The notes under the pieces: generated by a model | Databases searched by the model: none | Told to the model about the DNA's origin: nothing | What the model saw: only the letters and a program-made list of their open reading frames with translations | Shown here: piece by piece, positions 1 to 13,674 of the stretch | Numbering within the stretch: the stretch's first letter is position 1 | Layout of the letters: the number at the start of each line of letters is the position of its first letter | Position numbers and translations under genes: made by a program | NCBI GenBank assembly: GCA_013265495.1 | Contig: MU057724.1 | Location: 62,001-126,000 of the forward strand | Source: Vicugna vicugna | Lineage: Eukaryota | Length of the DNA: 64,000 bases | Direction: 5' to 3'

Positions 1-2309
1 GGTCTTTTATGAAAAACTGTTAGTAGCCTCCTTCTTGTTAATACCACTATTAAATATTTATAAAACCTATTACTGACTAAAAACATATATGAGTACTGTT
101 TCTTGTTTAATGGTGGAAAACGACTGCTCTGTGAATATAAGCAGCTGGGAAAGAATTCTGGACATGATAAAAAAATTTAAAAGAGAGATAATTGGGTGGG
201 GCATGAAGTTTCTTTTGAGTTTCTGTCATCCACAGATGAAAGGGATGGAAACAACTTCTAGAGGTTCCTTAAACCTTATCATGAAAGTTGTATTAAACTA
301 CAGACAATAACTTGGGCTATTTCATTTCATGCCAAGGAACTGACTAGTAATGTTTTCTTTGTGACTAGGATACATTTTGTAGGCAAGTGAAAGTAAACCC
401 TAGGAGAAGTTATGATTTATCATAGAGCCCAGAAGCTCATTGGGGAAGGGTTTGTATGTGAAGAGGACAGTGCAGGGCATCTTCAAATGAAGAGGAACAT
501 AACCAAGATTCTTACTGGGTAGGAGCAGATGAGTGAGAGCAGTCTTCCTCTGTCCCTTTAAGTCGATATCAACATCAGAATTTTTCCAGAAAAGCTTTCT
601 TCAAGGAATAGAGAAGGAGAACAGCAGCTCCTAACAGTTAATGAAGACATGATTTGACTTCTGTGGGCAAGCTTTACCCCAAACTGCATTGGCAAAGTTT
701 CAAATTATAATTAATGATAGCCTGAATATTTTAAGTTTTAAGTATATGTAAGACCACAAGTCATTTCTTCAGTATTTTCTCAAGTTCTTAAGACACTTAA
801 TTCTCCCTCTTGACTTCCTCTTCATCTTGGAAACTGCAATTTCCTTGGTAGGAACAACTTCCTGCTGGGCACCACTGTCTTTGGCCACTTCTGTCTTGAA
901 TGCCCTGTGTTTTCACCTAGAGCCATAACTGCATTGCAACACAGGCCATTTCATCATCCTATGAGTTGAGAAAGTCAAGCAGGAAATCACCAGTTGACTG
1001 TCCCCAGTGCAAGCTTCGTGTTTCTTGGTTGCTGTGTCATGATAGGCAGTTATGAAGGGGATGCTTTATAGGAAGAACCTCTTTTCTAGGGTATGTTTAA
1101 GAGTCTAACTATCTGGGGAACAAAATACATGTGGAAAGAAAATATTTTCATCACAGTTTGAAAAAGATCCTATTGTTCAGGGCTGTTTTCTACAGCCATA
1201 TTAAATCCACTCATTTCCAACAGCGACTCTTTTGATTTGTCTATCTCTTTCTATTTTTTAAGTATGTTGTCAACCCCCTACCCCCCGCCATTGTATGGGT
1301 GTCTTTTCCTTTAACAGAGTGGAAAATAATCTCCATTTATCTTCCATTCTCTCCTGTGTTCTATGCTTCAGGTCTGTTGTGTTCTGTTAATCGCATCTTC
1401 TCTACACAGGAGCTGATTTCATGATTATCTCTTGAAAAGGTGGTTTCCTAGATGTAACAATGGGTCAGAACAGAAGTGTTTAACCTATCCAGCAAGTAGT
1501 ATCTGTAAATTTGGTTGTGGTCTCCTGGAGGATCTTTTCGTTTGTGTGACATCTATTATAGAAAGAACACTGTCTGCTCTCCTCCCAAAGCAGAAGGAAC
1601 CTCTTTAGTTTCCTTCTCCATCAAATGCAGAAGTGGTGCAAAGTTTATTTTCCCTTTGTTGCTGTTCAGATGGAACAGTTGCACCTACGGCTCCCAACAC
1701 ATAAGGGAAAGTTATAGTGGGAAGAAAACATTTTTCTGCTATTGTTATTTAGGGAGCAGATAAAGAGAAGTTTTCAGTGAGTGATGTGGTCAGACTTTAT
1801 TTCATATTCTCTCTTAGAATAAATTTTTTTAATGCCAGTCTATACTCTTGGAGCCACGCATCCAAAAACTAGGTTAGGCTTTCAAGTTCACTGTCTCAAA
1901 GAAGGACAGACATGTATACAAACAGGACATAGACATTTAGTAATAGAAATGGGTACATATGTAGTGGTGGCAGAAAGAAAAGCCCTTTGTGGGTTAGGAA
2001 GGACTTCATAGTAGATCTATGCTAAAGCATGTGGGAAATACTAAAGTAGACTCTAGAGGTAGGTATGTGGGTGCCCCCTATAAAATTCACTTGTAGTAGC
2101 AGGTCAGGGGTGGGGGAGAAAAGAACTTCATAGATGATGGATGCTTTAACAAAATTTTTGGCATTGAATAAGAGTTTGCCAGCTAGAAAAGAAGGAAGAA
2201 GGGAATTCCAGGTGAAATACATAGTATACTTTTTAAAAGAAAACAAAAGAAAGGAAAACAGCATTCTGGGGAAAATTTAGTTATGTGGTGTGACTGGTTG
2301 GACTTTTTT

Positions 2310-2513
2310 ATTGAAGAGAAATAGTAAATTTGGGAGTTTGAGATTTATAGATGTTAGCCACTATATATATAAAGAGATTTTTTAAAAGTTTCTTCTGTAT
2401 AGCACAGGGAACTATGTTCAATATCTTGTAATAACCTTTAATGAAAAAATATGAAAACAAACATATGTATGTATATGCGTGACTGGGACATTGTACTGGA
2501 CACAAGAAATTGA
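2310..2513 (+). mobile_element. L1 3'UTR fragment (cetartiodactyl-type tail), no poly(A)
   Basis: Contains ctgtatagcacagggaactatgttcaatatcttgtaataacc, similar to the L1 tails at 61160 and 52590. Confidence 0.75.
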
Positions 2514-4900
2514 AAGAGAAGTTACAGTCTACAGTCAACACCAAAAAAACAGGAGGCATTATAAAATATTACTACAAACAATATACCAATAAAATGGACA
2601 ACCTAAAAGAAATGGATAAATTCCTAGAAATGTACAGTCCCCCAAGATTTACTCAGAATGAAATAGAAAATATGAATAAACTGATTACCAGTAATTGAAT
2701 TGAATCAGTAATTTAAAAACTTCCCACAATCAAAAATCCAGGAACAGACAGCTTCACAAGTGAGTTCTACCCAACATTCAGAGAAGCATTTACACTTATC
2801 CTTCTCAAACTATTTCATAAAATTGCAGAGTGAGGTATGCTTCCAAACTCATTCTGTGAGGCCAGGACCATCCTGATGTCAAAACCTGACAGAGACAACA
2901 CAGAAAAAGAAAAGAAGGCCAATGTCACTGATGAACACAGATGCAAAAATCCTTTAAAAAAATACAGCACTATATTAAACTGAATTCAACAATAAATTAA
3001 AATAGTCACACACAATGATGAAGTGGGATTTATCCCAGGTACGCAAGGATGGTTCAATATTTGTAAATCAATCACCATGATACATCATATTAATAAACTG
3101 TGGAATAAAACTTATCTCACTGTGTCTCAGTAAATGCAGAAGAAACTTTTGGCAAAATTCAGCATTTATGATAATAACTCTCAAGTGGGTATAGAGGGAA
3201 CATACCCCAATGTAATAAAGGCTGTATATGAGAAGCCCACAGCTAACATCGTACTCAGCAGTGAAAAGGTGAAACATTTCCTGTAAGATCAGGGAGAAGA
3301 CTAGGATTCCCACTCTCGCCACTTTTATTCAACATAGTATTGAAGCTCTAACCACAGCAACCAGACAAGAAAATAAATAAAAATAATCTAGATTAGAAAG
3401 GAAGAGGTTATACTGTCACAATTTACAGATGACATGATACTGTATATAGAAAATCCTGAAGACACCACCAGTAAATTATTAGAACCAATAAATGAAGTCA
3501 GTAAGGTTGCAGGGTACAAATTAATGCACAGAAATATGTTTCATTTCTGTGCTCTTAACAACAAAGAAGCAGAAAGAGAATTTAAGAAAATAATCCTCTT
3601 CATAATTGCATTTAAAAGAATAAAAAATGCCTAGGGATAAATTTAAGCAGGGAGGTTAAAATCACTACATTGAAAATTAGGAAACAGTGATTAAAGAAAC
3701 TGATAGTGATGCAAACAAATGGAAAACAATACCATGCTACATCTTTCCATATGATGCTCATGGATTGGAAGAATTAATATTGTTAAAATTACCACACCAA
3801 GGCAATGTACAGATTCATTGCAATCCCTGTTAAAATACCAACAGCATTTTTCACAGAACTATAACAAATAATTCTAAAATTTGTATGGCAACACAAAAGA
3901 CCGTGAATAGCCAAAACAGTCTTGAGAAAGAAGAATGAAAAAGAGGTATCACTTCCCTGATTTCAACTATACTATAAAGCTACATTAATCAAAACAGTAT
4001 GGTGCTGAAACAAAAATTGCCACATAGCTCCATGGATACAATAGAGAGCCCAGAAATGAACACACTCTTACATGGTCAGTCTATGACAGAAGAGGCAGGA
4101 ATATACAGTTGGGGAAAGCAGCCTCTTCAATAAATGATGTGGGAGAACTGGACAGCTACCTGTGAAAGAACCATACTGGACAATTTTCTTACACCATATA
4201 CAAAAGTAAACTCAAAATGGATTAAAGACTTGGTTGGATGTAAGACCCAAAACCATAAAACTCCTAGAAGAAAAAACATAGGCAGTATACTCTTTGACCT
4301 CACTCTTAGCAGTATATTTTGGGTCTGTCTCCTCAGGCAAGGGAAACAAAAGCAAAAATAAACAAATGGAACACCATCAAACCAAAACTTTTTTCACAGC
4401 AAAGCAAACTATCAACCAAACAAAAAAGGCAGCCTGCTGAATGAGAGAAGACATTTGCAAATGATATATGTAATAATGGATTAATATCCAAAATATGCAA
4501 AGAACTCATAAAACACCAAATTAAAAAAACAAACAACCAAATTAAAAAACGGGTACAGGAGCTGCATAGCTATTTTTCCAAGGGAGACATGTGATGCCAA
4601 GAGACACAGGAAAAGATGCTTAATATCACTATTAATCAAGGAAATGCAAATCCAGACCTCGAAGAAATAGAATGTCACTCATGTCAGAATGGCTGTCATC
4701 AAAAAGAGAACAAACAACAAGTTGTGGTGAGGATGTGGGGAAAAGAGAACCCTGTGCACTGTTGATAGGATTGTAAATTGGTGCAGCCACTGTGGAACAC
4801 AGTATGAAAGTTCCTCAAAAAGGTAAAAATAGAACTACCATATGATTCAGCAATTCCACTTCTGGGTAGTTACCTGAAGAAAACAAAAACACTAATCAGG
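2514..4900 (+). mobile_element. Degraded L1 ORF2 (reverse transcriptase to C-terminal region)
   Basis: Broken ORFs NKMDNLKEMDKFLE, (F)TDDMILYIENP (the FADD-equivalent RT motif), WENWTATC, NSKWIKDL. Many stops and frameshifts. Confidence 0.95.
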
Positions 4901-5314
4901 TGTAAAATTTGGCAGTAGTCTAGTTGAAATTTTTTCTTTTTTAAAAAAGAAAGAAGTTAAGGGTTTTTGTTATGTAGAGCATGTAGTCTAGTGAAATGGA
5001 TTTATTGATTTTGAGTAGATCCTACATAACTTAGTCATTTCATTGATTTGCAAATCAACGAGGATTTTAGTGGTAGGCCCAAATGACTATTGTTTAAAAG
5101 TTCTACTGAATTCATGTTAATATTTGATTGTGTTGAAATCTAGTACTCAACGTAAGTTTTGTTTTTTAAAATTCCAAATTTAATAGCATGAAAGATAATG
5201 ATCTTCTGATACTAATAAATATGCAGTGGGACAGGCCCAGGAGAAATAAGTTCTGGGAAGTGCTTACGTCTGAGGCTTCCCTTTGAAATGCTGCTCTCAG
5301 CTGTGTGTATATTA

Positions 5315-5341
5315 CTGCTGCTGCTGCTGCTGCTGCTGCTG

Positions 5342-5407
<66 letters not shown>
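5315..5407. repeat. Compound trinucleotide microsatellite (CTG)9 TTG (TTA)21
   Basis: Read directly from the sequence. It produces the spurious poly-I/A and poly-C/Y ORFs. Confidence 0.98.
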
Positions 5408-5408
<1 letters not shown>

Positions 5409-6764
5409 CATTTTCTTTTCATAGAAGTTGAGCTGTTCTTGACCTGTTGTCATTGTCTTCTTTAGGTTAATTTGTGTTACCCATTTTCTGTATGGTGGTG
5501 GTTTCTACTGAACCATCTTTTTTCTCCTGTCTATCTGGGGAATTTTACAAATAGGATTAAGGACAGATGTGGACTAAGTCAGGCAAAAGGCATTTCAGAA
5601 AGAAAAAATAAAATAGATAAATCTGATTTTTCTCTAGAAGTTAAAACAGCATAATAGAAACCAATTATAATAAAGCCAATTACCTTATTTTGCTTTAGGT
5701 ATGTTATTTGTTCATATAAACTTCTAAAGTAAAGAGTATATCTATTCAAAGCAGTTAATCTTTTTTACCTAGAAATAACAATAAAAATATAAATTGTCCC
5801 ATTTTGAATATATTCCCAAATTGTTTGGATTTAATTATTGTGTCTTGTTTATGTAGTTTTGAAGTCAAAATATCTGTCTAGAGTCTCTTTTGTTTTCTCC
5901 TTTTTATGTCTGTCCAGCAAAAAAAGGGTATTTCCCTGTTTGTCTCCACCCAGGGCTTCTTTGTGACAGTTTGGTTTTAGATGCTGTCCTCACTTTTAGC
6001 TGAGATTTAATCTTCTGATTTGTTCTAGACAGCTGAACTTTCAGTTATACCTAATTTAATCAAGGAGACAAGAAAGCCAATTTAAACAATAGACAACACC
6101 TAATTTTAATAGATGTAGCCAGGTGGATTTATAGCCAAAACTGGTAGAATGTTCTCAAGGCATATAATTCTCTTATTTTGCTTAGTCTACTTTAGAAGTT
6201 TTCTCTTTTTTGGGGGGTTTGGTAAAATAAATCAAGACTTTATAGCTATTAAGAAAGCAATTTTTTTTTGAGGCGGAGCCTTTAAAGAAATAGCTCTGAT
6301 AGTTTTACATTCTCAAGTAGTTAGGAATTTCTTATGTTCAGGTTTTTTTTTTTTTTTTCCCCAAGGATAGGTGTCATTAAATCAGCAAGTTGTGGGTGAT
6401 GAAAGTAGGAATTTATATAGATTTGGGGCTCTTACAACTATGCCTAAGAACCTAGCATGATAGAAAAGCTTTTTTCAGTTTGACTTCATTCAGAATCATG
6501 TATTACCCTAATGCTTGAGATTCATGTTACTGCTGGTCCAGTGTCTCAGAAGTTTGGATTAATTTGGGGAAATTTGTCATCTTAAATGTTCTTAAAATAG
6601 GATCCTTTCTGTAAAAAAGCTTATTTCAAATCTCTCAGTGATTTTTAGGGGCATTAATTTTGTTAGGCATACTTTGAGTTACTGACTGAGCAATACTGAA
6701 TCCAGTTACTGGGTAAATTAAGTTTCCAACTTTGTAAAAACTAGTTGCAGGAAGTTATTTGGGG

Positions 6765-7135
6765 ATTCCACAGGAAAAAGAGTATCTGTTGCTGGCTTTG
6801 AAGATGGAGGAAGCCATGTGGAAAGTAATGGAAGGTGAGAGCAGCCCTCAGCTGAATGCCAGCAGGAAGGTAGGGACCTCAGTCCACAGCTGCAAGGAAC
6901 TGAACTTCCACAACCATGTGAGCTGGGAAGAGGACCCTGGGCTCCAAAGAGCAGCATCCAGCCAGCACCTTGATTTACTCTTGGAAGACTCTTGAGTAAA
7001 GAACTCAGCCTGCTGTGCCTGGACTCTGTTTGTTGGGATAAGTTTGAACAACAGAGCTGTGAGCTAATAAATGGGTGTTGTCTTAAGCTGCTAGGTTTGT
7101 GGTGATTTGTTGCGAAGCGATAGAAAACCAGTGTG
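6765..7135 (+). mobile_element. MaLR LTR (MLT1 family) fragment
   Basis: gttgctggctttgaagatggaggaagccatg...gcaaggaactgaacttc...ctgtgagctaataaatgggtgttgtcttaagctgctaggtttgtggtgatttgttgc, typical MLT1 3' end. Confidence 0.85.
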
Positions 7136-7451
7136 GGGCATCTCACCCAGCCTCGTAGGGATACCCAGTGCTGGTGAGCCAGCTTACACTTGGTTTTCTC
7201 TTCATAACTTCTGGTCTTATACTAAGGTCACAGTGGGTATCAGCAAATACTAAGTTGAATTTTAAAATTTGTTCATCCTTTGATTTGAATTTTACTTTTA
7301 TTATAGCATGTTAAGGTACAATGAGTGATGAAGAAAGAATTTTGGTAGTTTCCTTTGTTTATTTTTTGTTTTATTATTTTTTTAATCTGTAGTTTTCTTT
7401 AGAAAAGAAATTGAGGAAAATCTTTTTTATTGAAGCTAACTTCTTCTGGAA

Positions 7452-7659
7452 CAGGGTTGACAAACGAGCTTGCAGGCCACATCAAACCCCTTACCTGTCT
7501 TTGCAAATGAAGTTTTATTGGAACCCAACCACTGGTTTATGTGCTGTCTGTGGTGGTTCTCATGTTTCAGTGGCAGAGTTGAGTATTTGTGAAAGACACT
7601 GTATGGCCCTCAAAGCCTATAACCATATGGTCTTTTAGAGAAAAATTTGCCAGCCCCTA
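7452..7659. mobile_element. hAT-Charlie MITE (MER58A-like)
   Basis: Terminal inverted repeats cagggttgacaaac / tttgccagccccta, about 208 bp, degenerate 8-bp TSD ttctggaa / ttctagat. Confidence 0.8.
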
Positions 7660-7874
7660 TTCTAGATGGTGATCTGATTTAAAGTCATATTTATCTAACT
7701 TTAAATGGTTTCCATGGATGGGGACTGATACTTCTATAAGTCTTAAATATATGTTATTAAAAGAAATATATCCAGCCATACCTGATTCCAGGATTGTGTA
7801 GACTAGTTTGTACCTCTGACTCTACTCAAGTGATAGAAAATGTGTTAAAATTAATAAAATCCTATAAACTGTGT

Positions 7875-8428
7875 GTATGGGGTCCCTAAGACCATCCCCA
7901 GTTTTGGTGATTTATTAGGAGGAACCATTGAACTCAGAGGTCATTGTACTCAGGGTTGTGGTTTATTACAGCAAATGGCAACAAACACAGTCCACAGGGG
8001 AAAGTTGCGTCAGGAGCAGTTGGGGGAACCAGACATGAGCTTCCAAGAGCCTTCTCCCAGAGGTTGCACAGGACACGCTTATTAATCCTCGAGCAATGAC
8101 CGTAGAAGCGCATGCAGACTATTGTCAGCTCACTGGTTCCTGGTGGGGTTTGGTTGTGCCGCTACCAGGGCTTGGTGACTGACTGCAGTGACCAAAACCC
8201 AGTCCCCCAGAAGGAAAACAGATGCTCACTGTACGTTACATTGTTTGCACAGATCGTCTAGACAGAATAGTACAGTGTGATCAAGGTACTGAGTGTGCAA
8301 AAATATCTCTATCAGTTTGAATATTTCAGGAGATCAGTTCTCAAGTGGCATTCAAGGGCCAATGAGGAAAGCAGCCCTTCTGAGTGCATGTGGTTGGATC
8401 AGCTCAGCCTGCTGAGTTAACACTCCTG
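7875..8428 (-). mobile_element. ERV LTR of the MER21/MER68/MER77 group
   Basis: Begins tgtatggggtccctaagaccatccccagttttggtgatttattaggagga and ends cagcctgctgagttaacactc, matching recalled termini of this LTR group. Confidence 0.7.
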
Positions 8429-10249
8429 AAAATCCCATAATAAGTGTTCAGAAACACACACAAAATGATTGCTGGCTGTAAAAATTCTGTGATACAATGT
8501 TATAAATATAGTTTCATGTATATAAAAAATGTTCTGCTAGTTACAGTTATACTTCAAATATGTTCTTTTAGTGAACTGATTATTTTTAGTCAGCATTATT
8601 TTACTTTCAAGTAAGAAATATCTACATGACTTTATAAACGAAGCCCAGCATAACTTTATACTATCATGAGTCTTTAAAATTTCACCAAGATAAACATTGT
8701 TTTCTTGAATCTGCAGTTTAAACCAAGTATCTTATTAAAAGTGGACTACTTTGCTGTTTCTAGCTTTATAGAGACTTAAACAGCCTGGCACTTCTTATTT
8801 CATAGTTCATGTTCTTGCACGAATGTTAAACAGTAATCGTGTTCAGACTTATTGCCATAATACTGTTTCAGCTTATTGTGGCCTTTAAATTCCCAACCGT
8901 ATATTAAATATTATCTTTTAGTTTTTGGAATAATGATGAAATAAAGATTATGAAACATTACGCCTTTTAAATTCCTTAATAATAATATAAAGTGCTTGCT
9001 GTACCACCTTTATTGACCCTCATGTTATGGAAAAATACACAGGGCAGATTTCTTCTTTAGAGAAAATTCATTTTGCTCTTCTTTATTCCTGTAGTTGTTG
9101 AAGTTAACTGTATATACAAATACGTGTGTGTATTTATATATATAATTTCCTCTATTGTTTTGGCTGGACAGAGCCTGGTATAGTGTGTTTAGGACCCTGT
9201 GTGGATAGTGGGGATTCCTGAGCTTATTCCCTGAAGTCATGTGTGACCCTCAGCAACTATATATAAATAATTTTATCTCCCTGTTTCAGTTTACCTAGTT
9301 ACCCCTCTTTCACCTCAAAGGATTCTTGGGAGGATTATTTTTATAAGCTTTGATTATTTTGAAGAACCCTCTTCATGTGTGTATAATGTGTCATCAGATG
9401 TCACCTGCCAGAAGTTTGATTAGGGCCTCTTCAGCTAACTTTGGATCTGGAAGGAGTCCTTGGATCTCTGAAATACTTGCTGTTAGATTTGCTTTACAGT
9501 GAGGGTTTTTGCCTTCACTCAGTTGTGAACAAGTAGCCAGCCATAAATGTCTAAAGAGCAGAATCTGTATTTTAGTCATCTTCAGAGTCCTGATGTCTAA
9601 CACTGAGCCTTGCTGTTTCCTGGTTTCAGACCCAGAGCAGACAAGGAGCCTGTGACTTCGGTTGTCAATCAGAAAGGTGGCTAGGAGCAGACATGGGCAC
9701 TGTAGGACTGAGGCTGGCCAGCAGCCTAGTGAGTGGAGGGAAAGGAAGCCCATCTGGCATATGTGGAACTGCGTTACCTCAAAGTGCAAAATAATGGTTA
9801 TCCACGAGAGTAACTGTGAGCTGTCAAGAAAACATTGAACCATGCATGGCATGTGATATTTAAGAAGATAGAAGAAATTATGGAAAACTGTAGCCTCCTC
9901 TTAGAGGTCATCACGGTGCAGAAGGATGTGTTAAAGGCTCCTGAGAAATCTCAGCATTTAATTTTATTCTACCGTGTTTATTCAAACTGACTTGACTGTG
10001 GAGCTCCCTTTTCTCTTAATGTCTTAATTTCTCTTAGTGCCTCCTTGAACCCATGTTTGGAGGGTGCACCCTAGGCCCTGTGAGGCTGTGTACTTGCTTT
10101 TCACTGTTTTTGCTTTTGTTTGTCCCTGTGTTCCTTAGGGCACTTCCCTGGCTTGTTTCCTTCAAAGCCTCTATCTTCTCCAGGCTCTTCTCTCTGTCTC
10201 TTCCATCCCCGCCCTCTGCCCCCACCCAGTCTTCCATTATGTAGAATTT

Positions 10250-10440
10250 TAGTTTAGTTTAGTTTAGTTTTTTAATTGAAATATAGTTGCTGTACGATAT
10301 TATGTAAGTTACAGGTGTACAATATAGTGATAAGCAGTTTTTAAAGTTTACACTCTATTTATAGTTATTATAAAATATTGTCTGTACTTCCTGTGTTGTA
10401 CAGTACATCCTGGTGGCTTATTTTATATCTAATAGTCTGT
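10250..10440 (-). mobile_element. Short L1 3' end with (TTTAG)n tail
   Basis: ttttttaattgaaatatagttgctgtacgatattatgtaagttacaggtgtacaatatagtga is a reverse-complement L1 3' terminus. Confidence 0.8.
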
Positions 10441-13400
10441 GTAGGATTTTAATCCTTTGCCTTGAATAAAAGGAAAGCCTGGCTCATAACCAGCAGCAAT
10501 CTGTGTCTTGCCTCTAGTTTCATTTGCATAAATGAACAGATTAATTTTCTGAGTATGCTGTCATTTTTGCTTCACTTAATTTTAAGGTCCCCGTTTTGAG
10601 TGTAGGTTTGAGTTGGATGCCTCTCAGCCTCCAGCAGACCAGGGATACGTGTGCCACCCCTGCCTGGTTCTGCCAGGAGGTGGTGCTGCTGAAAGATGGG
10701 GCTGGGTCTGTCTCTGAACATGTTTGAAGCAGACAGGTTGTGTCACTGACTCCATCCAGCAGGCTCCTTCTCTCTGGCCCTTTGTCTTACAATGAGACTG
10801 CATACTGTTTCTCTTTTCCTCCTTGGGCTCCTCAGAGCAAGTGCTTTAGATGTTAAGATGAGGTAGAATGGAGCTTTTGTGAACCCATGTTGGTGGAACG
10901 AGAGTTCTGTCCTTCTCATCAGGCTGGAATTTGAGGTTGGAAACATACTTGGTTTGGGAAAGGCAAGCCAGGTGATTTACAGAGGTGTAACCATGGGCGT
11001 AGCTAGTTAAACCTGTTTACCTCAGAAAAGATTTTTTTTTTTCTTAAATGTGTGAGAAAATCTACAGCTTTTGTTTTCCCTCTCACTAGCTGGCTCTGAT
11101 TGTTGTGGATAAAGTTTCAGTCACAAAAAGCATACCAAGTAAACAGTGAAAGTATATCTCCTGTCAGTAGTTTAAAACTCTGTTGTCTAGAATTGCTCTT
11201 ATCTATAGACAACTATGGTCTAGTTGCTTTTATTGATATTTAATCCCAATAGAAAATAAAATTCTGTTAGGAGCTGAGAGTCTGATACATTCCTTCCATT
11301 CTTGGTGACTTTGCTGCCCTTTTTCACACAACCAGTGTAGTTCTTGATACGTGGCCAGAGAACAGCCCATGTTAACTAAGGAGTGAGTGAGTGAGGGTGC
11401 GTGTTATGATTCCACCAGACTTTAAAGACCACATGGATAAGGATTTTGGTGTCCCTGCCCACCACAATTGCATAGAGCATTGTGCCCAGAATGATTTCTG
11501 ATACAGAGCAGACATTTAATTTGTTAAATGAATGAATTCCATTTTAGAATTGAGAGTGGAAATGAAGGCATTTGCTAACTAATTTGTTGGTTTATCAGCC
11601 ACCAGTACTCTTTCATTCCCCTTAATTTTTAAGAGCTGTCTTGGTTTTGGTGATTTTACTTGTCCATTGCATATCTTCTGTAGCATTTTTGCTGTTGCTC
11701 CCACCTTTCAACTTCCTTAAGAAGATTATTAGATTTAAAAGTTTCTAAGCAGGCAGAATTTTTACAATTCTCTTGTTATTTCCTTAAAATTCCCCTGACC
11801 TCATTTGTAGTGAGACTTGAAGAAAGGAAAGCTGAACCAGGTAAACATGGTGAACTTAGCATAGCCTGGCTCTTGCTGATCTCATAAGATCTTCCCAGGG
11901 CAGGTCTGGGCCCAGCCAGTAATTGGGTGGGAAGCCTCGGAGAACAGAAACCTACGCTGCAGGATGTGGCCCTGCCGGTTAGGATGCAGCCAGCACCTGC
12001 CCCCACGGCAGGCGGGCAGGCAAGGCGCTTCAAGGACCCAGCCTGGGGGACGCCTTCTCGCCTGAGCTGAGACCAAGAGCTTTGAGTCTTCTGTTTTGGC
12101 ATGAAATAGAATAAAGTGAGCTGTTTTTTGTCCTGTAATTGGTTATCTCAAGGAATGATTTTAATTTAGTTACTATCTCTCTTTCCTTAGTTTTATGACC
12201 TTAGTATTTAGCTACAGAGGTGTCGTTTAAAGATAAAGAGGTTATCATTAATTACCAGTATTCCACTGTTGCTCTTGGTGTGACCATTCTATAAATTTTA
12301 GAGGTAAAAGCTTTAATTTCTGAATGTTAGAGAGTGGTGGTTCATCTGGCTGATTGGTTTCATTTGTGTTACTGCAGAGGCTTTGCTCCATCTTGACATT
12401 AGACTTCAAGATCTTAACTTTGTTAGTGGGCGCAGTTTTTATAGAGGACCCTCCATATGTGGACTTTCATACATGGATTTAGATGAAGATTTGAGTCAGC
12501 TAATTGCATTATGCTAATTGATTTTTTAAATTAAAAATTTATGATAGTTGTTTATAATTTACTTTTAAAAAAGTGATATTTTTGAATATCTACCTGTTTA
12601 GAAAATTGTAGGGTTTTCTTATTCCTGATTTTCCTGATGAGCTTACGAACATGTGTGCTTCCCATTTTACCCCTGCACACGCCAGCGCCTAGATGTCTGC
12701 ATTGCCGAATAACTGGCAGGTTTTAAGGTAGAGACAGTGGGATCTTTTTTAAAACATCATCTTGGCTGCACAGTATTATAGAATATCAAAATAAAGAATC
12801 CCTGAAAGTAATGAAAGTCATGGAGTCATTGTGATTTCTATCATACAGTCTATGGGAGGTTGTCTATGTTGAGGCTGAAAAAAGGAGCCCAGAAATCAGC
12901 TGTGGCTGTCTTGTCCTCACCTGTGTCCTCCATGAGGGCATCTTACAGGTCAGTGTCTTGGGTCACTTCTACTCCAGTGGCCTCTTTGCCAATCAGCTGA
13001 ATTTCCAGCCTCCAGCCAGGTGGCTCTGTGTTTCTGTGATAGTCCTGTGTTCATTTAGAACTCCCTGTGTCCCAAAGAATGTCTTCTTTCCCCTTTCTTT
13101 GCTCTTGTATATGTCCTCTGTTTCAGTTGGTCACACTACTACGCTGACTGTCACAGAGTTTGGCCTCTCTTCGTGCATTACTTGAGCCAGCTGACTTTCT
13201 CTCTAAAGGGTTTGCTTTAGTGCTGTTTACTCACTGAACAGTTTTAGAACAGTAATTATTAAAGCGGTAGGCTGGGAATGAATGAACACTTGCCAGTGTG
13301 CTGAATTGCTCTCACTGCATTAAAACATCATAGTAACTTAATTTTTTAGAGCATCTCATCAGTAGGTTTGGGAATGGAAACAAGTCTGAAGGCATGGACT

Positions 13401-13674
13401 TTACCACTGACCCAGAGCCATCAGTGGTACCAGGAAGCCACACTGGAAGGATGTGAGTGAATTAGCCCAAATTCATCATTATTCCAAGAAATAAGTTTAT
13501 AACATATTCTCCACTCTGCTGATAGGTTATGCGATTTATTTTTATGTAAGAGAACATGTGTGCTCTCTCTCAACACGCGCACCCAATCTGTAGGGCTATT
13601 ATGTTGCTGTTACTGTCTCTTGCCTTGCAGTGTGAACTCTAAACTTGGATTTGTCTAGACTTCTCTGTGTATCT

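Noticed and set aside
5166..5465. Poly-Ile/Ala and poly-Cys/Tyr ORFs
   Set aside because: Translation artefacts of the trinucleotide microsatellite.
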